NCBI GenBank assembly: GCA_002633005.1
Contig: NMRA01000282.1
Span: 458,101-521,747, forward strand
Source of the DNA: Phoronis australis
Lineage: Eukaryota; Animalia; Phoronida
Direction of reading: 5' to 3'
Length of the DNA stretch: 63,647 bases
The notes beneath the pieces were generated by a model that was not told the origin of the DNA, did not search any database, and was given only the letters and a program-made list of their open reading frames with translations. The translations under genes and the position numbers were made by a program. Of this stretch, positions 39,783 through 52,400 are shown in pieces (position 1 is the first letter of the stretch; every line of letters starts with the position of its first letter).

Positions 39783-39902
39783 ATGGTTAGGTGACTAGAC
39801 TACTTGGCTTCCACTTAACTGTCAATACTAAGGACAGTCCATATGGTTAGGTGACTAGACTACTTGGCTTCCACTTAACTGCCAACACTAAGGTCAGTCC
39901 AT
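39783..39902. repeat. 60-bp tandem duplication (2 copies)
   Basis: ATGGTTAGGTGACTAGACTACTTGGCTTCCACTTAACTG... twice. Confidence 0.85.
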
Positions 39903-41080
39903 ACAAATTAGGCCTCATGATTTTTATCGGTCACATATAGACCGGGATCCCAGAGCTTTTTTGGGCATGAAAAGGTAACCAATTTTATTTGATGCCAAAG
40001 TACTCTGTAGGTATCCTGATGCTTGGAAATGGCCGTCTGGCAGGTTCGCTCTAGTGGGTGTGGTCAGGGGAGCCAAGAGAATTACACTCAAAAATTGAGC
40101 TAGATCAACGTTTCTGGTAACCACTTAAAACTGCCTTCAATACCTGCTACGTCATCCATTGTATCAAAATTGGTCACTGCCAGACAATTTCAGTGGTGGG
40201 GAGTACCCGCCAGACGGACATATACAGGGTACAAAAATTGAGCTAGATCAATCCAAGAGGTAACCGCTTGAAACCAATCGCAAAATATTCACCGTAAGCT
40301 CAGGTATCACGAATAAACACTGCCAGACAAATCTAGTGGTGGGTTACCCCCGCCAGACACGCCCAAATACCTGAATTGAGCTAGATCAACCCATCAGGTA
40401 ACCGTTTGAAACCAATTGCACAATGTTCAGCATCACTGAACATGGCACAACAGTTAGATGCCAGACAATTTCAGTGGTGGGGTGCCCCTGCCAGACGATT
40501 ATCAAAAAGGGTTAAAAATTGAGCTAGATCAACCCAAGAGGTAACCGCCTAAAACCAGTTCCAAAATATTCACCGCAAGCCCAGGTATCACGAATGAACA
40601 CTGCCAGACAAATCTAGTGGTGGGTTAGCTCCGCCAGACACACCCAAATACATGAATTGAGCTAGATCAACCCAAGAGGCAACCACATAAAACCAGTTGC
40701 AAAATATTTGCCGTAAGCCCAGGTATTAAGAATAAATACTGCCAGACAAATCTAGTGGTGGGTTATCTCCGCCAGACACGCCCAAGTACCTGAGTTGAGC
40801 TAGATCAACCCAATCGCCCGATCTTCAGCATCATTGCACGTGGCAAAACAGTAAGATGCCTCCATCAGACAACTAAAATTAGGAAGTAATGTGGTCCAAA
40901 AAGAGAACATTCTCGCGTTATTTCCTGCCGAAGTTTCAAATCAGCCATGCTTAAATGAGTGATTACACCTCATTGCATACTCAGACGGAAATATGAAGTC
41001 TAGTTGGCGAATGACTTAACAAAATTGTATATCTGGTTGTATTTTAGCGTGTTACTTAAGTTGCTTACATTCCTGGAAAT

Positions 41081-42215
41081 GGGGACATCCTACTATTTCG
41101 AAAGTTTACTACTCGGAAGGTTCAGTGACTATTCCGAAGGTTCACTACTTCAACGATTCACCACTCCGAAGATTCACCGCTCCAAACATATCTAAACTTT
41201 CAGACTCAGATGTAATTTTTGAACTTTTGCATGCTAAAATAAACGATATTTTGGCTATTAGATGCACCTATACCGAAAACAACGCCCGGGCACTAAAACA
41301 CCTTGGGTTTTATGTAGACAATGACCACCGTCTCCAGCTGGCAAGCACAACTAGAAACGGTAGTCAGATTTCATGTGCATGCGAAATTGCCCGCATGTCT
41401 TAAAATGAGCACGCACTTGCATTTTAAAATGATAAGAAGTAGGAATACTGATGAATCATCAGCCATGACACAATTCATCAAATTCATGTCAAGATCGAAT
41501 CGTAGCGAGACGCACACTGCCGGGTCGAAACTAAATAATGTTACTAGGCCACCCTGTCCCTGCCAGTCCTCATGAAGTCGGGGAGTCCCATTTAGTCTTC
41601 TTAAGTTTGAAACCGCCGTTGGTGGCCGTAGCCGTGCCCCAGATGTTGTCTCTACTTGAGAATGAGTCGTGATCACACAACCAAAATAATGAACTGTCGA
41701 AATTCTGGGCCCAGTCTCGAATCTTTGTACTCGAAATGGACCTCGAAATAATGTTTGGCATTTTTTAATCTACTTTTGTGCGAACTCAAGATAAGTGTCC
41801 ATTACTCAATGCTCGAGTACATAATGACTTACGTAGATGATTGATTAGTCATATTTTGCAGTTGACAAAACCAACATTAAAGCTAAAAGTTTGAGTTTAA
41901 ACTCGAAATTTCGAATTTTTACTTGAGTTTGTAGTACGCATATAAGCGTTTTTAAGTGCAAACTTGGACTAGAAACTCATATGCATGAACTATAATTATT
42001 CGAGCACAATCTGAGTTCGCACAAAAGGAGCAGAGAAATTGCCAAAAATAATTTCCAGTTCGTTTCGAGTACAAAGATTAGAGACCGGGCTCCGGGTTTG
42101 GAATAGGGGAAATTCAAAGTAGTGACCTTTAGAAGATAACGAACCTTCGGAGTAATGGGCATTCTGAGTACTGGACCTTCGGAGTATTGAACCTTCGTCA
42201 TAATGACATGGAACC
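41081..42215. mobile_element. Non-autonomous DNA transposon (MULE-like) nested in element 1, with inverted subterminal CCGAAGGTTC / GAACCTTCGG arrays
   Basis: 8-9 bp TSD (C)CTGGAAAT at 41072-41080 and 42215-42223. Confidence 0.65.
41707..42092. mobile_element. Harbinger-like MITE (~386 bp, ~85-bp TIRs, GGGCCC ends) nested in the MULE-like element
   Basis: Inverted ends; third family copy at 28322. Confidence 0.65.
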
Positions 42216-43630
42216 CTGGAAATCTTTTCCATCTAGTTTGTGGCTAGTGTGAAGTCTGCAGGGTTGTGCACCATTGACATTGATTGACTAGAGAAGATTT
42301 TCATTGACCAAAGTTGAGGTCTATGCCTACGTTTCCATCATAACGTGAAAATGTTCAGCGGTGTATTCTCAGTACAAGAAAACACATTAGTTGAATGTCT
42401 AGCTTTTAGCAAGGCGGAGGACTGACTATAATGACCTTACTGTCAGCATGTTCTGAATTTAAAGGAACAGAAACGTTCAAACGTGTACACGCATGCATGT
42501 CAATCCATCCAACAATCAAAGTGGACACTAGCTGGTTGAACAACATATTTGCAAACTTTGGCGAACACTTTCAATTCAAAATTTGAAAATGCCTACATTT
42601 CTACCGTACTATGGTTGCAATTAAACCAAAAATAGAAGAATAACAAATCTCACTTTTTCTGCTGTTGTGTTTCTTGGCCGAGTTTAAGGCATTCAAACCG
42701 CACTACTTTTTGGGAGTTCTCTCGTTGTTATTTACATTGACAGGAAGCTTACTTAGGTCTTAGGGCTAGACTTTTATGCTTAGGTATAGACATTCACTTC
42801 TGGACTCACTTGTTACCCTTTGTTGTAGCCACCACGCGCGTTGTTTATGAATAACATAAAGCCTTCTCTTATCGTATGCACGATCCTGTCATGTACACAA
42901 ACAGCAGCACTCGGGCGAAGTTTGCCGAGTTCGCTCCGACGCCACGTGACGCGGTTTGAATCAGAAGCGGATTCAAAATTATTGCTAACTTAGTTATCAT
43001 TGTACTTAGCACCAGTAGCTGCAACAATTTTGTTGTTATTGTCCAATTAAACCCTATCTTTAACGAATATGCTGGGGGGGTGGACCTTTTCAGCGGGGTA
43101 GGGGTTCGATCGAATCTCCCGAACCCTCCCCCGGCTACGGCCTATGGGCCTGTACCATTAATAATTAAAGTAAAAAGGTGAAGCATAAACTAGATTGTTT
43201 ATTTAATTAAACTGCAATTCAGTCACTATTTCCCAAAATATTATACATAGTGGTTGGATACCCCCTTCCCCAATGTGGATGCCCGGTCCGTCGCCACGGT
43301 GGCTGAGCACCATACACAACATCTATGGATAATTAATTCGAACGTGTTTTTTATTCACTATGAAGACAAATAGCGAACAGTTCCATTGACCGCATATCTG
43401 TGTCGTGCCAATGAAATGATTGTCAATCTAACTAAACTAAAAAATAATAGGACTCATTATACTCACGAATCAGTTGTGAATAACATGTTCGCAACATGAA
43501 CAGAATTTTTTATCTACGTTACAGCTTTGATAGTTTCCACGAAATCTAACACGACTATACGTACCCAATATCAGGTGGCGCAGAGGTGTTTTCAGCCTTT
43601 TTGGAGAACACCATATCAAACATAAAAATA

Positions 43631-43958
43631 CAGACTGTTTCAAAGAGAGGTCAACAGCCGATCTATTGAAATTCTTTCTCGTACGTAGCACTGAGAACGC
43701 ACCGTTTTCCAGCGCTTCACGTAATATTGGGTTTGCCAATTTCAACTTTTGATAAAACAATGTTCCCCATCCGACGTAGTTTGGGCGGTTCAGGGCAAAG
43801 AATGCATTTAGCGTAGACAGAAAAATGTTGATATAGCCACTGACGTCATTGTCCTTGACGCATCTCTGGAGTTCTTTGTGGGCTCGGTTTATGAGAAAGA
43901 CGAAGATTGCCCAAAACTGACCAGTTTTGCCAAACTTGCCATTAGTCACTGTGTGAAA
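43631..43958 (-). pseudogene. Academ transposase fragment in element 1 (second copy about 57965-58292)
   Basis: GKFGKTGQFW..FLINRAHKELQRCVK..FFALNRPNY..WG..RSAVDLSLKQSV parallels the element 2 transposase. Confidence 0.8.
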
Positions 43959-46900
43959 TGAAGGTAGATGGAGCGCAAACATAACGCAGGCGACAGCAAA
44001 AGAGACTTTTTTATTATTATTCCTTTTAGCAGTTGCATCAAATGGCTCGTCCGAAAACAAAGGAACGCAGTTTAGACTGGTAAGATAGGACAACGAAAAA
44101 TGGAAATTAGTGAAAACACAATGTGCTATCTGTCTTGGACGGGTTTTTAGGTTTTGTTTTTAATAGTGAATTATGTGGAGTATTCCGCTGTTTTCACATG
44201 GACTTGTGAGGTCGCTCCAACCTCAGGCGCGATTTTTCTGGTTTTCATGCCCTGACATAAACTTGCATACATAAATCTCACCTTGTGCGGTGACCTATGT
44301 CGTACAGACTTAGTGGCTTTATTGAAAAACGAAGTGCCTGGTTCCTGATTGTGATGCTTATTCAGCGTGAAGTGGCCTTATAATCAATTTTGTTTCGACT
44401 CTTTAGTTGTCTGATGGAGGCATCTTACTGTTTTGCCACGTGCAATGATGCTGAAGATCGGGCGATTGGTTTCAAGCGGTTTCCTGGTGGGTTGATCTAG
44501 CTCAACTCAGGTACTTGGGCGTGTCTGGCGGGGATAACCCACCACTAGATTTGTCTGGCAGTATTTATTCTTGATACCTGGGCTTACGGCAAATATTTTG
44601 CAACTGGTTTCATGCGGTTACCTCTTGGGTTGATCTAGCTCAATTCATGTATTTGGACGTGTCTGGCGGGGCTAACCCACCACTAGATTTGTCTGTCAGT
44701 GTTTATTGGTGATACCTTGACTTACGGTGAATATTTTGGAACTGGTTTTAGACGGTTACCTCTTGGGTTGATCTAGCTCAATTTTTAACCCTTTTTGATA
44801 ATCGTCTGACAGGGGCACCCCACCACTGAAATTGTCTGGCATCTAACTGTTGTGTCATGTTCAGTGATGCTGAACATCGTGCAGTTGGTTTCAAACGGTT
44901 ACCTGATGGGTTGATCTAGCTCAGTTTAGGTATTTGGGCGTGTCTGGCGGGGGTAACCCACCACTAGATTTGTCTGGCAGTGTTCATTCGTGATACCTGG
45001 GCTTAGGGTGAATATTTTGCGACTGGTTTTAAGCGGTTACCTCTTGGATTGATCTAGCTCAATTTTTGTAACCTGTATATGTTCGTCTCAGTGGCGGGTA
45101 CTCCCCACCACAGAAATTGTCTGGCAGTGACCAATTTTGATGACGTAGCAGGTATCGAAGGCAGTTTTAAGTTGTTACCAGAAAAGTTGATCTAGCTCAA
45201 TTTTTGAGTGTAATTCTCTTGGCTCCCCTGACCACACCCACCAGAGCGAACCTGGGATCCCGGTCTAGACCGGGATCCCAGAGCTTTTTTGGGCATGAAA
45301 AGGTGACCAATTTTCTTTGGTGCCACAGTACTCTGTAGGTATCCTGATGCTTGGAAATGGCCGTCTGGCAGGTTCGCTCTGGTGGGTGTGGTCAGGGGAG
45401 CCAAGAGAATGACACTCGAAAATTGAGCTAGATCAACTTTTCAGATAACCACTTCAAACTGCCTTGGATACCTACTACGTAATCCACTGTATCAAAATTG
45501 GCCACTGCCAGACAATTTCAGTGGTGGGGACTACCTGCCAGACGAACATTACAGGGTACAAAAATTGAGCTTGATCAACCCAAGAGGTAACCGCTTGAAA
45601 CCAGTCGCAAAATATTCACCGTAAGCCCAGGTATCACGAATGAACACTGCCAGACAAATCTAGTGGTGGGTAACGCCCGCCAGACACGCCCAAATACCAG
45701 AATTTAGCTAGATCAATCCATCAGGTAACCGTTTGAAACCAATTGCACGATGTTCAGCATCACTGAACATGGCACAAAGGTTAGATGCTAGACAATTTCT
45801 GCGGTGGGGTGCCCTTGCCAGACGATTATCAAAAAGGGCTAGAATTTAGCTAGATCAACCCAAGAGGTAACCGCACGAAACCAGTTGCAAAATATTCACC
45901 GTAGCCCCGGGTACCACGAATAAGCACTGCAAGACAAATCTAGTGGTGGGTTAGCCCCGCCAGACATGCCCAAATACCCGAGTTGAGGTAGATCAACCCA
46001 CCCTGAGGTAACCGTTTGATAACCAATTGCACTATGTTCAGCATCACTGTAGATGGTACGACAGCGAGATGGCAGGAGTAGAAACAAAATTCATTATACG
46101 CCCATTTACACTGAATAAGCACCAAGTTGAGGAACCAAGCACTTTTTGCATAAGTTGAGAGATTTTTGTCTGCAAATTTATGTCAGGGCATGAAAAATCA
46201 GAAAAATCGCGCCTGATCAGTTGAAGCGACCTCACAACTCTACGCAACAACAACGGAATACTCCACATAAATTCTAATTCCCAGAACCTAGAAATCCGTC
46301 CCATTTTACCAGTCTAAAGTACGTCCCCCTGTTTTCGGACGAATTTTACCCAAATCCACATCTCATTGGGTGTAACTCTTACAACGAGGAATAATCGAAA
46401 TGGCGTCTTTTGCTGCCGTCTGCGTTATGTATGCACACCAACTACAGCCATTTCCGTTGCACACGTGCTTAACCACGACGAGCTATTTGACATGGGCGTT
46501 GAAAGCTGAAAACAACGGAGGTTTCGGGAGATTCTTGACAATTATCGGTGAGTAGTTTTCCAATATAATTGTTCATGAGTGTTGATTGCCAAGTAGTAGC
46601 GTGATTTCAAACAGGTGGAATACAATTAGAAAGCCCGTAAATCGACCTTCACATGTGCCCTGTGACATGCACAGTGAAGATAAAAGGAATTGTTAATCAA
46701 AATGTGCATTACTTAAGGGGAAGCCATGCGCGGTAAACACATCTAAAATGGCGCAGGTATGCTATCTTTTGTGACAAACAGTTGTTTCTCCTTCGAAAAC
46801 TGTTGTTGACCCCTCGCGACATTCCAGAGGTTCCTGCGTCGCTGTTATTTATTCAGATACTTGCGTACGCACATTAGATTCAAATACATGACGAAATGTT

Positions 46901-47411
46901 TGGCACGACTTCGGTTTTTGCTTATGATACCGACTGAATGTCTGTAGCATACAGTAGCTAATGCAAAATTTTCTGTTCATTGCCGGCATCCTGGTAATGG
47001 AATATTGGCCTGTAAATACAACCGAGATCAGTGCGTAGTTGTCACGAATGACTACTCCTCTTTCTGTTAATTTGAATCACGAATCAACAAATGCTTGTTT
47101 TACATAACCCATAAATAATTTGCCAATACTGTAGGGAAAGGGATGAAAACGTCATTTTCATTTTTGAGCAATGTTTTAACATTTCTGACAGCACTACGCG
47201 TAATTCCAGCTTCTTATGAATGAATATCTTTAGGACAATTAACCCCCCACCTTAAATAATGGATTCAGACGATGCGAATGAACAAGATCCCGGACTGAAA
47301 GACTCGCCTCAAGCCTCAAGCAGTACACTCACTATAAATGACCAGCAGGTAATGAACTTTTAATTTTTACTATTTAATGAAAGCTCTGTTCGTTCTGACC
47401 GTCGTTTCGCT

Positions 47412-47963
47412 GGGTCTGTATCGATGTTTTCCGGTCCCTGATTTAGCTCGTCTCCATATGCCACAAATGATATTTTCTCGGGCCTATGTTTCCTAGCGCC
47501 GATCCTCTCCCGACCCTATATTCTTACCCAAATCCTATTTTTTCCCAGTCCAGATGTCCCTATGTTCCCCTGCCCCCATGTTCCCTCGCCCGCACCCATT
47601 TTCTGTGTATCGGAAATCAATTCCTTGAGTTGATTACATGATTTATAGATCTTGCGACTGAAAAGCGCTAGGATTCTGGACAATCATAAACATTATCAAG
47701 GTGTGATTTTGTCTACAAACAAACTGGGTTGGTCTGTCATTATCAATAAATTGCTTTACTTGCTTTTCTGCAAGCAAATGCTCCCTTTAAACACAGAAAT
47801 TGAATTAACGTACACCGATATGTGGGTACAAGGCCGGGTAATGTAGGATCAGGGTAACGTCGGGATGGGGTAACATGGGGACGGGGGAACATTGGGCAAC
47901 GGAATATTGGTTGGGGAACAGAGGGTCGGGGATTGTAGTGACAGGAGAACAGTGGACAGACCG
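47412..47963. mobile_element. Small inverted-repeat element in the first transposase intron (ATGTTCCC / GGGAACAT short-repeat arrays)
   Basis: Pyrimidine-rich repeat arm at left, purine-rich mirror arm at right; imperfect 9-bp flanking duplication; similar arm at about 61840-61990. Confidence 0.4.
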
Positions 47964-48673
47964 TGTTTCGTTCTTTAGGGAAAAATGACACTGACATATG
48001 TATAAAGAAAACAAAACAACTTAAACCAAATAAACGTTTTTCATTACAGGTTCTTGAAAGCTAATGTATGCTGCTTCATCTGCCAAACATCGACTGGCGA
48101 GGACAGCAAGCTGAAAACTTTCAACGAAAACACTTGGTCAACACTGAAGAACGTCACTACTCTACGTAAAAAATTAAAATGTGACAAATACTCCCTTGTT
48201 ACGCAAAGAATAGCGGAAGCTAGTGAAACAGAATTATATCTTCGCTATCACCCATCGTGCCACAGAAAATACACTGCTGTAAAACGGCCAAGAGATGGAC
48301 CGTCAGTTGACGACACAACTCCTAGTAAAATGGCTTGTATTGTTACAAGACCATTGCAGTCCCCTCCCAAAGTCCGATGATAAGGGCATGATGAAAAATT
48401 CTTGCATATTCTGTGGGAAACGCCGAAAGAAGAAGAATGGGCAAGAGGAACCAAGGGTCAAGATTTTAACACTGTCTGGTTGTCACTCCCTCCGCCAAGC
48501 GGCCAAATCATCTAGTAATGAGCACTTAAGAAGCTTGGTTTTCAGTGATGTTGACTTAATAGCAAAGGAAGCTGAATACCACAAGTCCTGTCGAGCTCCC
48601 TTCACTAAGGAAACTTCTGGTCAGGAAAGTGGAAATATAAGGGATCTACACTACCAAGCATTTACGCAAACAC

Positions 48674-49450
48674 ACTTTCAACAGAGAAGCTCGGGAATGG
48701 CCTCCTGGAGTATCCCAAGCATTGTGCCGTCAGCAATGGCGTGATCTTGGCGGTATTAATGCCATCATTGTAGCAACTGATGGATCCTTCGATGGTGAAA
48801 CTAATCGTGCGGGATGGGGTTATCAAATACGCTGTGCTAACAACGTCATTGCGGAAGGTAGTGGCTGCCACCATGTATACACAAACAGTACGCGGATGGA
48901 GTTTGAGGCTATACAACGTGCCCTAACCAAGCTGTCACTCCTAGACCTGGAGAATCACACCATTATCTTTGCCACCAATTCCATGGCAGTGTTGATGAAA
49001 GTTCAATCTGGAAACCTCCCAGCCAACTGGGATGTCTTCCGATCACGCCACCCTCATCATGCAGTGATCTGGTCTTTCGTACCTGGCCACGCCGGTCTCT
49101 TGATTAATGAGCGTGCAGATTACCTCGCTGGCTCATGCACCACCAACCAACCCCTCTACTTATATTCGGCTGACGTTAAGCTGCTGGCCCGCAAACGCAA
49201 CCTCGAGCAGACTGCATCCCAACTGGCTGAGTTCAATGATGGCAGCCGACTGCTCGAAGCATGTATTATTTATAGCCATGCTGCGAAGAGTCACAAGAAG
49301 AGCCGTGCCCGAGTGCTGTCAAACCAAATGCTTACAGGCAACGTCAGCCCTAGAGTTCTGCGCCTTCTGCTGTCACGGGGATGGTCTGGGGTGGGGAATA
49401 ATGCACCAGCATATCCCCAATGATCCTGTCCGTGACAGGTATTACAGGTA
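48674..49450 (+). mobile_element. 5'-truncated non-LTR retrotransposon (I-group/Ingi-like) carrying an RNase H domain
   Basis: TSD TTACGCAAACAC at 48662-48673 and 49451-49462; (ACAGGTATT)2 tail; ORF 48722-49423 with ATDGS, TRMEFEAI, ATNS, WSFVPGHAGLLINERADYLA. Confidence 0.88.
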
Positions 49451-52400
49451 TTACGCAAACACGCAATTACATTCAAATTGAGCTTCTTGAAAACCGGCGG
49501 TCAATACTTCTCTCTACTTTGCTAGATTTGTACAAAGTAGAGTACGTAAGTAATGGTGGGACAGAAGCTGATGTCTCAGCATACACAACTCAGAATCTCC
49601 TTAAGAAGATCAAGGACCAATTTGGAGACAGAATTCAAGTGAGATGGTCAAATCAACGGAAAGGCAATTTTAGTTTTAGCTCCGCTGTAACAGAAGAAAC
49701 TGCATTTGTTCAGCAGCGAGGTGAAACTGAAAAAACTACCAAAATGACAAACTGAGATGGACTGCTCTTCATCTTCGGTCTCAAATCTTGCAACTGCCTA
49801 AGTCAAAGACACCTATTCCAACAACAGTGCAGAATTTGAAATCATGTGCACCAAAGATACCGCAGCAACTTGAACTGTTCTACGAACACTTCTCGGTGGC
49901 ATTACAATATCCAACTCTCAAAGAGAATCCATTGACCGCAAAGTGACCGCAATGGCATGTGACGCCATTTACAACGTTACCCGTGGTAATGTGAGGCCGT
50001 GGAAGCACACGTCCCTGGGACTTGGTCTGTCTTCTCTGACAGGTTCAAAACTGTCTTTGCAGGTTCTAAACAGAGCAGGACATTCCATCGGCTACAAGGA
50101 AAGCAAAGGCCTTCAGAATGAGTTTGCGTATTCCATAGAGTCGTATGAACGCGAAGCACCGGATCGTATTCGACTCCTTCCTAATCCAGCCACTGCCTCT
50201 GTTTGGGATAATAATGACCCAAACGTCAAACATTGGATGGCATGTCAACACTGCACGCAACTATTGGTCATAGCTGGTGGAAGAAGAAAGGGAAGATGCT
50301 TTTGCTGCACTGTTCTTTCGAGAAGAAAGGAATCGACGACAGTTTGTGGGGGTAGAGCGTGAAGTGCGGCCATTCAGAAAATTTCTTAAGGACGTTACTT
50401 TTTCAAGTATCAACATAAACTCTGCTCAAACACGTGCCAATCTTGTCTGAGGCAGTGAAGTAAACTACAAGAACATACAGCTCAACTTGTTTGATCTCTA
50501 CTGGTTTTTGAAACTAAGGGAAGGTAACACTCCATTGCATGCTGCATGAGCAGTTACATACGGGACCCATTGCCTCTTCAAAGGATCTGTTACATGGACC
50601 AAATCACCAACCAACAACGATGTTGTTAAATAAACTATGATCCGCACAATGAATGTAGCCATAGAGACTAGGCAGTTGTCACATATGACTTGGCAGTTCC
50701 TTTAAAAGCCTACGCTACACAAAAACTTGAAAGACCATTATTTGATAAGCTGTTGATAATGCTCGGCAATTTTCATACGGAGCTGACTTTTTATGGAGCT
50801 GTGGGAACCATAGTAAATGGAAGTGGCATAGAGTTCCTACTTTCAGAGACTGGTATCTTGGCAGAAGGGTCAATGATGGGCTTCATTAAAGGAAAATTCT
50901 ACAACAGGTGCACTCGAATTCACGAGCTTCTTGCTAACGTTTTGGAGGGTAACATGTACCAAAAATTTCAGCATGACTTGGCTCCGGAGGAATGTGAATC
51001 GTTCCTTACGGTTATGACCGCAGTCCCTTCAGATCCAGAACAAATAGAGGCAAACCTTGATGACCCTGTGATCACTCAGCATCTCCAGAAGTATGAAAAT
51101 GTCTTTCACACAGTGATTAATGGTAAATATGGCAAAACTGCTCAGTTTTGAGCAACCTACATCTTTCTCATAAACCGCGCGCACAGAGAACTCCAAAGAT
51201 GCGTCAAGACCAATGACGTTAGTGGTTATATCAACATTTTGCCGACAATGCTAGATGTATTCTTTGCCCTGAACCGCCCAAACTACACCAGATGGGGAAC
51301 GTTGTTTTACCAAAAATTGAAATTTGCAGACCCACAATTGCGCGAAGTGCTGGAAAACGGAGAGTTTCCAGTGCGACGTACTAGAAACAACTTCAGTAGA
51401 TCGGCTGTTGACCTCTATTTGGAACAATCCGTCAACAGGGATGCAGCATCGAGCATGACAGGGATAGTGGCTTTCCGCAACTCAGAGAATGCAATGCGTC
51501 GATGTTCCCTCTCTATGACACTAAGGGCAATGGCTGTAACTGAACTTGGAACATTTGCAGGACTTGAAATCGGGGAGAATGCAAAGAGTCAGTGCAGTCC
51601 TTCAAGAGTCAAAAAAGATAACGAACAGATGGCATCACTCAGTGTCAAAATTGACAATTTCTGCAATCCGTTTGAGAACAATGCTCCACTGGGTCTGGTT
51701 AATATCGCAACTGGCCAAGAAGCATCCCAAGCAACGGAAGACTACCTGATCAATGCGCTGATCCGAGGCCATGATGCGAGGGAGAAATTCCAACAGGAAT
51801 GGGAAAATGACAGCAGTAGGTTTCTGCGACCAGTTAAACGTACAGCTGTCCAAAATTTTGCTGCTGAAAGCGTGAAGAATAAAGCCAAGTCATCGGCCTC
51901 CCAGAGAAACAAGACAGCCGTAGAGAGTCTAAGAGATTTGTTCATACGCATAGTCGTAGTTGTAGCAGAGAGGGCAGACTTCGATCTTCGACAACTTCTG
52001 ATATCACATCCTGTCACACCTTATCCATTAGCATTTGCTCACTGCGATGGAGCGCTCGTCAAAACGGAAAAGTCTGCTTTGCTGAAAAAAACTTGAATTG
52101 TTGCAGACAGAACCTATAACAAATGGAGATTTTCTATACTACTACGTGAAGGTTTTTGTTGGTGGACTTCTTCTACATTAAGTCATCTCACAGACGAGAA
52201 TAGATGCAACTTACGAATCAGTTGCACGATCGATATTATCAGTGGTCTGTTCGGGGAGGGCAGAGGAAGCTTACTTGTGTCTAGACAAGTACGTAGAAAA
52301 CTCCTTTTGGCGGAATGGAGAAAAGACCATATTTTGGCATAAGTTTAGTGGGAAAACCTCATTTGTTTCCCACGGTGGTGACTGCTACCAGTTCTTTCCC

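Larger units (their letters stand above)
39938..45267 (-). mobile_element. Non-autonomous, internally deleted Academ DNA transposon (element 1); TIRs 39938-40877 and 44402-45267
   Basis: Termini TAGACCGGGATCCCAG...CTGGGATCCCGGTCTA; six ~140-bp subrepeats per TIR; internal pieces homologous in reverse to element 2 (43631-43958 to 51103-51432; 44040-44400 to 46080-46430; 43200-43540 to 53800-54170). Confidence 0.85.

Noticed and set aside
40090-40880. CRISPR-like array (conserved palindromic motif with variable linkers)
   Set aside because: Eukaryotic context, ~140-bp period, linkers recur as types A/B/C, and the array is mirrored as a transposon TIR; no cas genes
48722-49423. Novel Academ transposase with an intrinsic RNase H domain
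   Set aside because: The domain is bounded by a 12-bp TSD and a repeat tail, and removing it restores the host frame: a LINE insertion
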